Source: Dehalococcoidia bacterium
GTDB lineage: Bacteria; Chloroflexota; Dehalococcoidia; Bin125
Direction of reading: 5' to 3'
Assembly: GCA_965116225.1 (NCBI GenBank)
Contig: OZ220495.1
Location: forward strand, 2,023,043 to 2,087,042
Length of the DNA: 64,000 nt
The notes beneath the pieces are model-generated. The model did not search any database. It was not told the DNA's origin and saw nothing but the letters and a program-made list of their open reading frames with translations. The position numbers were made by a program, and so were the translations under genes. The stretch's first letter is position 1. Every line of letters begins with the position of its first letter. Below are positions 8,902-17,772 of this stretch, piece by piece.

Positions 8902-10173
8902 ATGCCGGCATTGTCCTCCGCTCAGAAGATGCGTGCCCAAGTGCGTGGCTGGACGCCTGATCTGATCGAGCGTGCCGAGCACTCCGCCGCGTCCGGTCGA
9001 CAGATCGATAACATCCTCAACATCTCGATCGAGCCCGATCGCATCGCCAAGTGGCTTGAATTCGTGGAGACCCAGCCCGAGCATCCGTTCGCGCAGGCCC
9101 AGTTCATCATGTTCGAGGACGGCGGCGAAACCGGCCTCAAGCCTACCCCGTCCGACGACGGTATGCGGCTGAGCGATGTCGACATTGGCTCCTATGGGCA
9201 CGTGCCGGATGTCTGGAACTACCGCAACGACCTTCCGCGCGGCACGCGCCCTGTGCCCGGTATGTACATGCCCGCCGGCTACGCGATCTACGACCGCACC
9301 GAAGTCTGGGCAGATGGCGTTTCCGATCTCTACGAAGACGCGATCCGCGACCGCTGGGTCCCCGCGACCGACCTCAACTGGGAGAACCGCGAGGAACTGT
9401 CGCCGGAGGTCGAACGCGCGACCGGGCAACTCTGCGCGATCTACTCGACCTACGGCATCGCCGAACAAAAGATCATCTCCAGGTGGCTGGAGGAGATTTC
9501 CTACGGTTTCCACGAGGTCAAGCTGTTCTTGGCGACCCAAGTCTATGACGCCGGACGCAAGGTTGAGGCGCTGCGTAAGCGCGCGTTGCACGGCTCCGGC
9601 GTCATCGGCAAGGCACCGCTCTCCGACGTCTCCGAGTCCTGGTACAACGCTCTCACCTTTACCGAGATGATCGTCGCCCTCGATGTGGTTTACAAGTCCT
9701 ACGAACTGACCGCCTTCGAATGCGCGACCGATTGGTCCCGTTCGGACTTCGACCGTGATCTCTTCGCGCGTCTCGCCGAGGACAGCAAACGACATCTCGA
9801 GTACGGTCTCAAGCACCTCGAATGGTATAACCGCTATGCCGAGCGCGCCGAACTCGAGCTGCCGATCTTCCTCGCCAAGGCCGAAGGCGGTCTATCATCC
9901 GAATTAGCGCAATCGCCGCTCGAGCGCGAGGCGCTTGCAGTGCTCTACGCCGACGGCGTCGAACGCCTCGACGCAGGCGTCGAAGCGCTGCGCCAGCTGC
10001 GGGAAAAGCAGCTCCACGACTATCTGCATCGGCTGCACGAGCACGGCGTCGACCGCATCGGCGAAACGGTGGCGATCCTTGGTCTGGCGACTCAGGACCC
10101 GCTCCTTAAGGCGCTGAACCCGGAGGCGCTCGTCGAAGGTGCAGCCACAGGCACAACGGCGACCGATCTCTGA
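8902..10173 (+). CDS. Ferritin-like protein, paralog of the upstream gene with degenerate iron ligands
   Basis: Shares VW...LYE.A...W.(P/S)A.D..W and F(E/D)V.LFL.TQ..D with the upstream gene; ExxH motifs read DAGRK and DSKRH. Confidence 0.75.
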   Translation: MPALSSAQKMRAQVRGWTPDLIERAEHSAASGRQIDNILNISIEPDRIAKWLEFVETQPEHPFAQAQFIMFEDGGETGLKPTPSDDGMRLSDVDIGSYGHVPDVWNYRNDLPRGTRPVPGMYMPAGYAIYDRTEVWADGVSDLYEDAIRDRWVPATDLNWENREELSPEVERATGQLCAIYSTYGIAEQKIISRWLEEISYGFHEVKLFLATQVYDAGRKVEALRKRALHGSGVIGKAPLSDVSESWYNALTFTEMIVALDVVYKSYELTAFECATDWSRSDFDRDLFARLAEDSKRHLEYGLKHLEWYNRYAERAELELPIFLAKAEGGLSSELAQSPLEREALAVLYADGVERLDAGVEALRQLREKQLHDYLHRLHEHGVDRIGETVAILGLATQDPLLKALNPEALVEGAATGTTATDL

Positions 10174-10219
10174 CAGCGATTGACAATCTCGCGAGGCGAT
10201 TAGCGCGTATCGTTGCCTT

Positions 10220-11020
10220 GTGACATCGCGCGAAAGCGAACTCAACTACGAGATCGGCGGACCGCCTGGCGGCCGGCCTGTGCTCTTTGTGCACGGCATT
10301 CTGACCTGTCGGGCCCATTGGTTGCTGAATCTCCCCGCCTTTCACCAGGCTGGATTTCGCAGTATCGTCGTCGAGTTGTTTGGTCACGGTTCCTCGCCAT
10401 CGCCCGAGGATGCCGTCGCCTACCACCCCGACCGCTACGCCGATCGGTTTAGCGTGCTGCGCGCGCGAATCGGAGCCGAACGCTGGTTCGTCGTGGGACA
10501 ATCGCTGGGTGCCGCGCTGACGCTGCACTACGCCATGTCGCGCCCCGATGAGATGATCGCGCACGTGGTGACCAATTCGCACTCCGCCTTCGGCGACCCG
10601 GGCCGAATCGGCAATCCCGAGGCAGCGCGGGAGCGGGCGCAGGTGATGATCGACGGCGGTATCGACGCTGTCATGCGGCATCCTCTCAACCCGCGCCGAG
10701 CACGCGCCTTCAGCGCCGCCCAGCGCGCGCAGTTCGACGATGCGATGCTGCTCAGCTCCGCCGAAGGCATCGCGCGCACGATGCTCTATACCTCGCCCTA
10801 TACGTCGCTCCGGCACCGTCTGGCGGAGAATCCGGTCGATACGTTGCTTGTCGCCGGCGATCGTGAAGCGGCCTTTACGCCAGCTCGTGAATGGGTGGAA
10901 GCCAACGCCGCCAATGTTCGAGTCGAGCGTGTTTCGGCGACGCATGCTGTCAACATCAGCGCGGCCGAGGATTTCAACAGGATCGCCATAGGCTTTCTGG
11001 AGCAGCATCTGCTCGGATGA
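10220..11020 (+). CDS. Alpha/beta hydrolase
   Basis: FVHG oxyanion region, GQSLG nucleophile elbow, GDRE, THAVN catalytic His. Confidence 0.88.
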   Translation: MTSRESELNYEIGGPPGGRPVLFVHGILTCRAHWLLNLPAFHQAGFRSIVVELFGHGSSPSPEDAVAYHPDRYADRFSVLRARIGAERWFVVGQSLGAALTLHYAMSRPDEMIAHVVTNSHSAFGDPGRIGNPEAARERAQVMIDGGIDAVMRHPLNPRRARAFSAAQRAQFDDAMLLSSAEGIARTMLYTSPYTSLRHRLAENPVDTLLVAGDREAAFTPAREWVEANAANVRVERVSATHAVNISAAEDFNRIAIGFLEQHLLG

Positions 11021-12978
11021 CGGAGCGTCTGGGAGGTGGTTTGGTGGAGGAAACGATCGATATCTCCCCCCTCCTGCTCGTCAGCATCCTCGCCGTCGTT
11101 GTGCCGTTCGTCGCCTGGAGGCTTACGGGCGGGCTGGTACCGGCGGTGGTCGGCGAGGTGCTTGTCGGCATCGTCTTCGGCGAGCCGTTGCTCGGCATCA
11201 TCACGCACGAGAACGAATGGTTGAACTTCCTCGCCCTGTTCGGCTTCGCCTACCTGATGTTCCTGTCTGGGTTGGAGATCAACCTCAGCCTGCTGGGGCA
11301 GTCTCTTGGTCGACACTGGTACATCCCGCGCGTCGCACTCAGACATCCGCTGATCTCCGGCGTCGCAATACTCGTCTTGACCACCGCTTGCACGTATCTC
11401 ACGCTGGAGGGGTTGCGGGTGATCGGGCTGATCGAGTCGGTCCAGATTCCCATGCTGCTCTTCATCCTGCTCGCCACTGCTGTTGGTGTCGTCGTGCCGG
11501 TGATCAAGGATCGCCCCGATCTAGGGCGGATGTCGCAGTCGCTGTTGGTGGGTGGGTTCCTGCTCGAATTCGTGGCGATTATCGGCGTAGGGATCGTCTC
11601 AGCGCTTGAGCGGGAGGGAATCGGATGGCGGATGTTCCTGCTGCTCGCGATCCCCGCGGCGCTTGGTTTGCTGATCTGGATGTCTCGGGTTGGTCCGGAC
11701 CGTCTGCCGATCATCCCGAGAACGTTGCACGAGCTGGCTCAGACCTCGTCCCAGCTCAAGATCCGCGCCGCGCTCGCGCTGCTCGTCATATTCGTGGCGC
11801 TGTCGCAGGTGGTCGGAACCGAGCTCGTGCTGGGCGCATTCATGGCCGGCTTAGCCGTGACTGTGGTCTCCCCGAGACATGGTTCATCGCTGCGCGGCAA
11901 GCTGGACGCGCTCGGTTACGGCTTTTTCGTGCCGATCTTCTTCATTCACGCCGGCGCGACGCTCGATTTGGGTGCGGTCTTCGACTCCGTCGATTCGCTA
12001 ATCCTGGTGCCCGCCCTATTGATCGTGGCATTCATCTCGAAAATGGCGCCGTCGATCATCGCCTTGGTACCTGCCTGGGGTGCACGCTCCGGCCTCGCTG
12101 GCGGTTCGCTGCTCGGCGCGAATCTGTCGCTCGTGCTGGCCGCCGGCGCAATTGCCGCCGATCTCGGCCTGATCGATAGCGGGCTGCACGGGGCGCTCTT
12201 GCTGATGGCGTTATTGACGACAGTGTTGGCGCCACTGCTGTTTGCAGCCATCGCCGGTCGCGTACTGCCGCGCGATGATGGCCACATTCTGGTTGTCGGC
12301 GGCGGCAGTCTCACGGCAACCCTGGTCGATCGACTGATGGCGGCGGGGCGCGCGGTGATCGTACTTGATCCGGATCCCGAGTCCACTGCTCGTTGGCAGG
12401 CGCGAGGAGTTGAGGGCGTGGTCGGCGATCCGCTCGACGAGCCGTCCCTGATCAACGCCGGGCTGCCGCGGGCTGAGATCGCGGTCATCGTCGATTTCGC
12501 ACATACCGATCAGATCGCCGACTACGCTAGGTCGATGCGCGCGATGCAGCCCAATCTCAGGGTGGTGACTTGGGTCTCGGAGCCGGATCCGCAACTCGAT
12601 CAGCTCGAGATCGAGGCTTACAGCCTGTCCGACGTGACCGCGCTGGCGCTGGAGGAAGCGGTGCTGCGCCCGGCGCTACACGCCGCGCGGAACGATCCGG
12701 AATCGGGCCTAGTGGAAGTCTCGATGCTAAACATCGACCTGGATGGCCTGACGCTGAAAGAGATCGACTTTGAGGGAGAGGTTCGCGTCCTCGTCGTCAT
12801 GCGGGACGGCGATACGAATGTTGCCTCGGGCGACACGGCGGTGTACCTGCACGATCGTGTGACACTGGCTGGCGAACCGGGGGCCGTCGCCGCAATGAGC
12901 AATCGCTTCCAGCAGCGCAGCCGACACCGCTGGCTCGTCGATGTGCCGACGACGAGGAACACGTCGAGCGAGTATTAG
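11017..12978 (+). CDS. Cation:proton antiporter (CPA2) with TrkA-N/TrkA-C domains
   Basis: About 12 TM helices, MFLSGLE, GAFMAG, FFVPIFF; C-terminal VVGGG Rossmann and RCK-C region. Alternative GTG start at 11044. Confidence 0.88.
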   Translation: MTERLGGGLVEETIDISPLLLVSILAVVVPFVAWRLTGGLVPAVVGEVLVGIVFGEPLLGIITHENEWLNFLALFGFAYLMFLSGLEINLSLLGQSLGRHWYIPRVALRHPLISGVAILVLTTACTYLTLEGLRVIGLIESVQIPMLLFILLATAVGVVVPVIKDRPDLGRMSQSLLVGGFLLEFVAIIGVGIVSALEREGIGWRMFLLLAIPAALGLLIWMSRVGPDRLPIIPRTLHELAQTSSQLKIRAALALLVIFVALSQVVGTELVLGAFMAGLAVTVVSPRHGSSLRGKLDALGYGFFVPIFFIHAGATLDLGAVFDSVDSLILVPALLIVAFISKMAPSIIALVPAWGARSGLAGGSLLGANLSLVLAAGAIAADLGLIDSGLHGALLLMALLTTVLAPLLFAAIAGRVLPRDDGHILVVGGGSLTATLVDRLMAAGRAVIVLDPDPESTARWQARGVEGVVGDPLDEPSLINAGLPRAEIAVIVDFAHTDQIADYARSMRAMQPNLRVVTWVSEPDPQLDQLEIEAYSLSDVTALALEEAVLRPALHAARNDPESGLVEVSMLNIDLDGLTLKEIDFEGEVRVLVVMRDGDTNVASGDTAVYLHDRVTLAGEPGAVAAMSNRFQQRSRHRWLVDVPTTRNTSSEY

Positions 12979-13811
12979 GCTGAGCGAATTGCGCTGCGCT
13001 CGGAACCGATCCCTGCCAGATGCCCCAGATAGATCGGGACCAGGGGTAGCACACAGGGACTCACGAAACTGACGAACCCGCCGACAAACGCCAGCGCCGC
13101 CGAGCCGGCATTCAAGTTGAGCATGTCCGTTGATGAGCCGTCGGATCCGGCTACGATATCGACGCCGAAGCTGCCCAGCGCTTCGTTCAGCACGACCACG
13201 CGGTCGAGCGCGATCAGCATGCCGACGAAGACCAGCAATACACCTGACACGACCCCGATCAGTGGCATCCAGCGGTTCAGCTTGCGCAGGAACTGGGTTG
13301 AGGCGCCGAACGTCGCGCCGACCAGCAGGAACGGGATGCCGAGACCGGCCGCATAGCAGATCAGCAGAATGACAGCCTGGAAGAGCGAGGCGGAGTCGAG
13401 CGCCAGCACCAGAATACCGGCTAGGATCGGCCCTACACAGGGCGTCCAGCCGACGGAAAAGGCGACACCGACGACCAGCGAGCGTCCGTAGTCAGCGGCG
13501 GCGCGAGCACGGGACGGCGTTGCCGTCGCGGTGCCGCTCGCAGCACCCGGCCCACCCACCTGAAAGCTGCGGTACAGGAACGGAATGGTAATCACCTCGG
13601 CCAGATGCAGGCCGAGAACAACCAGCAGGGTACCGGCGACGCGTTGAAACCAGATCAGCTCGTTCTGAAACGCGGAGCCGAGCGCGCCGAGCAGCGCACC
13701 CAGCGCGACGAAGACGACGCTGAAGCCCAGCACGAACGCGGCAGCGTGGAAGAACACGGCTCGTCGAGCCGCGTTCGCTCCACCCGTTGCCGTGCCGGTT
13801 GTAACTGCCAT
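12975..13811 (-). CDS. ccdA: Cytochrome c biogenesis protein CcdA (DsbD transmembrane domain), circularly permuted
   Basis: Both redox motifs present (WTPCVGP and SFVSPCVLPLVP) but in reversed order. Confidence 0.85.
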   Translation of the reverse strand: MAVTTGTATGGANAARRAVFFHAAAFVLGFSVVFVALGALLGALGSAFQNELIWFQRVAGTLLVVLGLHLAEVITIPFLYRSFQVGGPGAASGTATATPSRARAAADYGRSLVVGVAFSVGWTPCVGPILAGILVLALDSASLFQAVILLICYAAGLGIPFLLVGATFGASTQFLRKLNRWMPLIGVVSGVLLVFVGMLIALDRVVVLNEALGSFGVDIVAGSDGSSTDMLNLNAGSAALAFVGGFVSFVSPCVLPLVPIYLGHLAGIGSERSAIRSA

Positions 13812-13845
13812 GTATTCATAGTGTACGCCACCGCGACGGCGCGGG

Positions 13846-14736
13846 TTATGAGTGCGTCTCACGCGTAATGCCCGCGTCCTCTTCGGCCGACAGCAGCGTC
13901 GCCAGTACCGACTTCGCGCCCAGCCCCCGATTCTTGGCGCGAATGAGCATATCGCTCACCGCCGAGGCGATCGGCGAAGGAATGCCCTGCTCCCGTGCCA
14001 CTTGTACGGCCAGCGAGACGTCCTTGGCCGCCCACTGCAGATAGAATGGCGCGTCGTCGAAATTGCGCTCCAATAGCGTCGGTACAGGCCGTACATAGTG
14101 CTGCGCCGATGCGACGCTCATCACCTCATATGCTCGCTGCGGGTCGAGTCCGGACGCCTCGGCGATCACCAGCGACTCGATCAGCAGCTGTCCGCTGCCG
14201 ATCGAGACCATGTTGTTGGTGATCTTAGTTAGCGCGCCCATCCCCAGCTCGCCCATGTGGAAGACGTTATTGCCGATGCAATCGAGCACATGTCGATAAG
14301 CGTCGAAGGCGGTCTGGTCGCCGCCGACCATCACGGCTAGCGTTGCATCGATGGCACCCTGCACGCCGTTCGACACGGGCGAGTCGAGGAAGATGACGCC
14401 TCGCTCCGCCGCCCGTTCGGCGAGTAGCTTTACGGTCGAGGGCAGATTGGTCGAGAGGTCGAAGCAGACCAGACCCGGTTCGGCACCGTCGAGGATGCCA
14501 TCCGCTCCGCGCAGCACGACTGTGATCTCGGGCGGGCCGGGCAGGGAGGTCAGCACCACCTCGGTCTGCGCGGCGACAGCGGCCGGCGATTCCGCCCAGC
14601 TTGCTCCCAGCTCGATCAGGTTCTCCGCGCGCGCCTCAACCAGGTCGTGGACGACCACGTTATGCCCACCCTTGATCACGTTGGCGCACATCGGATTACC
14701 GATGTTCCCGACGCCGATGAATCCCACGTCCGACAT
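13846..14736 (-). CDS. NAD(P)-dependent beta-hydroxyacid dehydrogenase (3-hydroxyisobutyrate dehydrogenase family)
   Basis: GFIGVGNIG, DSPVSNG, KITNN catalytic Lys. Confidence 0.88.
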   Translation of the reverse strand: MSDVGFIGVGNIGNPMCANVIKGGHNVVVHDLVEARAENLIELGASWAESPAAVAAQTEVVLTSLPGPPEITVVLRGADGILDGAEPGLVCFDLSTNLPSTVKLLAERAAERGVIFLDSPVSNGVQGAIDATLAVMVGGDQTAFDAYRHVLDCIGNNVFHMGELGMGALTKITNNMVSIGSGQLLIESLVIAEASGLDPQRAYEVMSVASAQHYVRPVPTLLERNFDDAPFYLQWAAKDVSLAVQVAREQGIPSPIASAVSDMLIRAKNRGLGAKSVLATLLSAEEDAGITRETHS

Positions 14737-14863
14737 CATGTTGTCCTCTCTCAGCTTCGCGACAGAGTTCGACCCGCAGGGTACTCGGATCCCCTTATCC
14801 CACGAACGTCGCCGCAGCGCTGTGGCAGTTCGTGTCGAACGCTGACAGGGCTATCCTGCCCCG

Positions 14864-16063
14864 GTGACTGAGGGAACGCCCCAATCCACAGCCGGCCCGC
14901 TGGACGGCGTCCGAGTGGTCGAACTGTCCGAGACGCCGGCTGGCGCCTACTGCGGACGCCTGCTCGCCGGCCTCGGCGCGCACGTCTCGCTGGTAGAACC
15001 GCCTCAAGGTTCGCCGCTTCGCCGACGCGGACCGTTCCGAGCCGACGTTCCCGATATCGAGGGCAGCGCGACGCATCTGCACTTGCATCGCGGCAAGCGC
15101 TCGCTGCGTCTCGATCTCACCACTGCCGCCGCCCGACGAATGTTCGGCGCGCGTCTCGCCGCTGCCGATGTGGTGGTGATCGATCTGGATCGTCGCCGGT
15201 GGAGCGATGTTGGCATCGACATCGAGCGATTCCGTCGCTGCCATGAACGGCTTCAGGTATGCGTGATTACGCCCTACGGGCTCGATGGTCCGAAATCACG
15301 CTGGCGAGGTTCCGAGCTGACGCTCTATGCGGCCGGCGGCTACCTGCGCATCGGCGGTGAACCTGACCGCGAGCCGGTCAAAGCCTGGGGAGAACAGGGA
15401 CACCTACAAGCCGGGCTGCATGCCGCGTTGGCGATTGTCTCGGCGCTGCATGCTAGCGAGGGGCAGCTGATCGACACCGCGATCTTCGAAGCGTTGGCCT
15501 TCCTGCTGGGTGGCGGCTATCAGCACGCCTGGTTCTCTGACCGCGAACCGGTTCGCAACGGTGCGCGGTTGGTGGGTTTCGGGCCGGGCCACCTCTACCC
15601 TTCGACGATCCGTCCCTGCGCCGACGGATGGGTGCATGCCCACTGCAACAATCGATACCCCGAAGTAATGGCAGTCCTCTTCGACGAGCCGCGTCTGGCG
15701 GAACCGGAGTTGCTGGCCGCGTTGATGGGACACGCCGACGAAGTCGACGCGCTAATGGCACCGACACTGATGCGCACGCCGCGTCGGGAGATCGTGCGCC
15801 GCGCGCAAGAGCTGCGCACCCCGTTTACCGAGGTACTCGCGCCATCGGAAGTGATGGCGGACGCAGACGACCACCACGCCTCGCGCGCGTTTTGGCAATC
15901 GACGCCGCATCCACGCGGAGGCGCATACCTGGCGCCCGGCCCCGCGATGCGATTCGGCGCGACCCCCTGGCTCGACGGAGTGGCACCGCGACTGGGCAAT
16001 GACAACGATCAACTTGGATTGCCTATCGAGCGGGTTCGCTGGAGGCGTGCCGGTGTCGCCTGA
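14864..16063 (+). CDS. Family III CoA-transferase (CaiB/BaiF) subunit, catalytic Asp apparently absent
   Basis: PLDGVRVVEL, GAHV..VEPP, GKRS..LDL; catalytic position reads EQGHLQAG. Confidence 0.85.
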   Translation: MTEGTPQSTAGPLDGVRVVELSETPAGAYCGRLLAGLGAHVSLVEPPQGSPLRRRGPFRADVPDIEGSATHLHLHRGKRSLRLDLTTAAARRMFGARLAAADVVVIDLDRRRWSDVGIDIERFRRCHERLQVCVITPYGLDGPKSRWRGSELTLYAAGGYLRIGGEPDREPVKAWGEQGHLQAGLHAALAIVSALHASEGQLIDTAIFEALAFLLGGGYQHAWFSDREPVRNGARLVGFGPGHLYPSTIRPCADGWVHAHCNNRYPEVMAVLFDEPRLAEPELLAALMGHADEVDALMAPTLMRTPRREIVRRAQELRTPFTEVLAPSEVMADADDHHASRAFWQSTPHPRGGAYLAPGPAMRFGATPWLDGVAPRLGNDNDQLGLPIERVRWRRAGVA

Positions 16064-17339
16064 CGCGCAGCTCGCACCCTTCCCGGTCTCGCAGCGACGC
16101 CCCCTCAGCGGGTTTCGAATCCTCGACCTGACCACCGCGGTCGCCGGTCCGGTTGCGACCCAGTTGCTGGGATCGCTAGGGGCGGATGTGATCCGGATCG
16201 AAACGCCCTGGGCGAGGCCGAGTCGCCCTGCGTCGGCGTTGCCCTATCGGGGAACAGGACCCGACGAGCCCTGGAATCGCGAGCCGCGCCTCAACGAACT
16301 CGCTCATAGCAAACGGTCGGTCGCGCTGAATCTCGCTACTGATGCAGGGCGCGAGGTGTTCCTCGATCTTGTCGAGCGGTCGGATGTCGTGATCGAGAAT
16401 TTCTCGCCGCGCGTGATGGGCAACTTCGAACTCGAATGGGACGCCCTGAGCAAGCGCAATCCGCGCCTCATATATGTCGCAATGCCGGCGTTCGGTACAT
16501 CTGGCCCCTGGCGCGACCGAATCTCCTACGGACCTGGTATCGACGCGATGAGCGGTCTGTCGTGGTTGACCGGCTACGCCGATGGCTCGCCGCTCAAGCC
16601 CGGCAACTTCTACTGTGACCAGAATGCCGGATTGCACGCGGCGCTGTCAACCGTGGCGGCGCTCCTGGCGCGCGGTAGGGTCGGAGGTCAGACCGTGGAG
16701 TTGGCCATGCTCGAAGGCGAGCTGCAACTCATCGGCGAGGCGATGGTCGGTCAGCAGCTGTGCGGCCGTGAGCCGACGCGCATCGGCAACCAACACGTAT
16801 CAGTCGCCCCGCACGGCGTCTATCCAGCCTCTCTGGTACTTGGCGACCCAGACTCTTGGATCGCGATCGCCTGCCGCGACGACGCCGAATGGGACGCGCT
16901 GCTCAGCGTCTGGCGTGACGATTCGGTTGCCTCGGACAGTCGGTTTGCGACCGCCCTCCGACGCTGGAAGCAGCGCGCCGAGCTGGACACACTTCTGGCC
17001 GACTGGACCGTTCACCAAGACCCGCTGGCATTGGCCGAGCGGTTGCAAGAGGCCGGCGTACCGGCTTCACCGGCGATGGGCGCTCGGACCCTGCTAAGAG
17101 ACGAGCAGGTGCGGGCGCGCCAGTCGGTCGGTGGACTGGAGCATCCGCGGGTTGGGCTCTCGCCTGCGCCGCAGGCCGCCTTCCGCCTGTCCGATACCCC
17201 CGCGCCGCCCCGTTGCGCCGCACCGCTGTTCGCCGTGGATACCGTCTCCGTGTTGCGGGATATTCTGGGATACACCGAGGAGCGAATCGCTGATCTGATC
17301 GCGTCCGGCACCGCCAGCGACCAACTCCGTCCACGTTAG
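16053..17339 (+). CDS. Family III CoA-transferase (CaiB/BaiF)
   Basis: PLSGFRILDLT, GADVIRIE, SKRSVALNL, ENFSP, catalytic Asp in FYCDQNAG; GTG start after GGAGG. Confidence 0.88.
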   Translation: MSPDAQLAPFPVSQRRPLSGFRILDLTTAVAGPVATQLLGSLGADVIRIETPWARPSRPASALPYRGTGPDEPWNREPRLNELAHSKRSVALNLATDAGREVFLDLVERSDVVIENFSPRVMGNFELEWDALSKRNPRLIYVAMPAFGTSGPWRDRISYGPGIDAMSGLSWLTGYADGSPLKPGNFYCDQNAGLHAALSTVAALLARGRVGGQTVELAMLEGELQLIGEAMVGQQLCGREPTRIGNQHVSVAPHGVYPASLVLGDPDSWIAIACRDDAEWDALLSVWRDDSVASDSRFATALRRWKQRAELDTLLADWTVHQDPLALAERLQEAGVPASPAMGARTLLRDEQVRARQSVGGLEHPRVGLSPAPQAAFRLSDTPAPPRCAAPLFAVDTVSVLRDILGYTEERIADLIASGTASDQLRPR

Positions 17340-17357
17340 CGACAGAATGTGAGTGCC

Positions 17358-17744
17358 ATGCCCATTCGCAAGCCGTGGGTTCAACCATCGGAGGAAGCGA
17401 TTCGCGCCGTTCCGGCCGTGGTCGGTGTTTACGAGATTGCCGACGCCAACGGCAACCTGCTCTACATCGGACAGGCTGGCGGACGCGAGCCGTTTGGTCT
17501 ACGCACCCGAATCGCGCTGCATTTCGGCGGCGACGATCCCAATCCCGTCTTGCGCGAACGGGCGGCGCAATTTCGCTGGGAAGCGAATCAGCAGTACACG
17601 ACCAAGCGGCTGGAGATGCTGATGCAATTTCAGCGCGACGAGGGTCTCGAGTGGCCGTTGGCGCATCCGGCCGGCGATTGGCGCGATATACCGCAGCTCG
17701 GTCGGCTGCGTCGCTCGCAGATCATTGGTCAATCCGCAGACTGA
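17358..17744 (+). CDS. Small GIY-YIG-like domain protein
   Basis: GVYEIAD...LLYIGQA...LRTRI..H motif. Confidence 0.7.
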   Translation: MPIRKPWVQPSEEAIRAVPAVVGVYEIADANGNLLYIGQAGGREPFGLRTRIALHFGGDDPNPVLRERAAQFRWEANQQYTTKRLEMLMQFQRDEGLEWPLAHPAGDWRDIPQLGRLRRSQIIGQSAD

Positions 17745-17772
17745 ACACGCAGATTGGACAGCCGGGGGCATC

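Noticed and set aside
8512-9816. 434-aa minus-strand ORF and similar long antisense ORFs (for example 34542-35474, 49413-50378, 38904-40040)
   Set aside because: They overlap well-supported genes on the opposite strand and look like codon-bias shadows.
14799-14836. Hairpin CACGAAC...GTTCGTG between the divergent dehydrogenase and CoA-transferase genes
   Set aside because: Single occurrence with no U-tract and no regulator nearby; cannot be told apart from a chance GC-rich palindrome.
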